A model generated the notes under the pieces. The model was not told where the DNA came from, did no database searches, and worked only from the letters and a program-made list of their open reading frames with translations. Source: Lama glama (Eukaryota). Taken from it: 64,000 nt of DNA. The stretch spans positions 12,464,001 through 12,528,000 of the forward strand of contig CM052818.1 of assembly GCA_028534125.1 (NCBI GenBank), in the 5' to 3' direction. Both the position numbers and the translations under genes were made by a program. This document shows positions 62,806 through 64,000 of the stretch, piece by piece; within the stretch, counting starts at the first letter, position 1; every line of letters begins with the position of its first letter.

Positions 62806-64000
62806 TATGTTAATACAAAAATTAAAGACAAGTTTGTTCTTTTATTAATGTTTCAACTTTTTCTGGGACTTAAATTTGCCGAAGGAAAGGGTTATCAGTT
62901 TATTCAAACATTTTTTTTTTTTGCAAATACCTAAGGACGCACAGATTGTTTTCTAAAATAAATATTTTCCCAGAATTTTAATTTGCTGATGGAATTTTAT
63001 AATTACACTTATGGATCAACAAGTGAAAGTTTTTTGTATTACTCTATTTCCATCTGGATAAGTTTGGAGGACAACACAGTGAACATGCTGGCAAATAGTT
63101 TGTATGAAACCATTTTTTAGAATATGAAGATTTTGGGGTCAGAATACATTTTGTTGGGGGAAAAGTGGTGTTCTCCAGTGATAAGTGAAATATTACAGAG
63201 AAGTGATAACTTTACAAACAAAAAAAAATTTTTAACTCTCTCTCACCTTTCTAAAATAATTAAAGAAACCAGAGCCTTTTATTCTGTAAAGTCATTATTC
63301 TAGGCATGTTTCCACCTGCTTACCTTTGGCATAGAGGTTAAAATGTCTGTTTGTTATAATACTGTATTAAGGAAAATACCACTAAAATATGAATGTTCAT
63401 TTATTTAATTTAACAGAACTAATTATTAGGTGTTTTCCTATGTTTTCCCTGAGGTCTGAATTATCAACCTGATGATTAAACTACTAGTTTATTCAGCGAG
63501 GAGGGATATAGTTAAAGCAGGTTTTTTGCATATAAAGCCAAGAAAAGATCCCTTGCTGTTGAATTCTTTGGTTGTGTGAAAGTAGGCACAGTTTATTATC
63601 TGTCATTATTTTTCTACTCTCCTAAAATAAAAGGCTGCTTCAGGTTTCTAAAAGCTTAGAGTACATATTTGAGATTATTTTCCCTGAACCCTCCCAAGAA
63701 GTTTTTCATTAACGTTCTGGAGCTGAACAGATGCCTTATAAGAAACTCAACTATTTTACCAGAGGGTTTCTATTCCAATAAAATTTTGACAACAGAAATA
63801 ATTTATAAGTAAATAAAGTATACATTGTATTTTTGGAAGTTATGTTTCTTTTGTTCAACCAACATAGTGACTAAAAGAACTGTTTGGAAGGTACACAAAT
63901 TGCAAATAAACAAAGAAATAAACTATATGTAGCAAGATCAGTCCTTTGGGGAACATACAGGCAAAAGACCCCACTTATCTAAGTCTGGTCTACATTGTAT

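Noticed and set aside
63324..63361. Possible 38-nt minus-strand exon (acceptor ccttaatacag, donor AAG|gtaagc)
   Set aside because: Short, with no supporting peptide similarity or context. It cannot be distinguished from background splice-like motifs.
1..64000. Prokaryotic-style systems (CRISPR arrays, operons, defence loci) or a novel multi-gene system
   Set aside because: The sequence is mammalian, repeat-rich, non-coding DNA. I saw no regularly spaced repeat-spacer array, no gene cluster and no intact transposase, RT or ERV ORF.

Overview
This is AT-rich, CpG-depleted mammalian genomic DNA, probably from a camelid (alpaca, vicuna or camel), judging by two Vic-1-type tRNA-derived SINEs and no recognisable Alu, Bov-tA, PRE-1 or CAN-SINE copies. 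It reads as intergenic or deep intronic sequence. I could not recognise any intact protein-coding exon. The ORF track is explained by L1 ORF2 remnants, microsatellites, a 500-N gap and chance ORFs. The window holds layered ancient transposable elements (L2, MIR, L1M-type, MaLR/ERVL/ERV1 solo LTRs, hAT and Tigger DNA elements, several nested with readable TSDs) and a degraded RPL28 processed pseudogene (about 56454-56960). A 403-bp duplication flanks the gap and is most likely an assembly overlap. There are also two CTCF-like motifs, a few repeat-free candidate regulatory islands and some short palindromes. I found no convincing novel multi-gene system. Repeat subfamily names come from memory of consensus sequences, boundaries are approximate unless a TSD is quoted, and both should be confirmed with RepeatMasker/Dfam.
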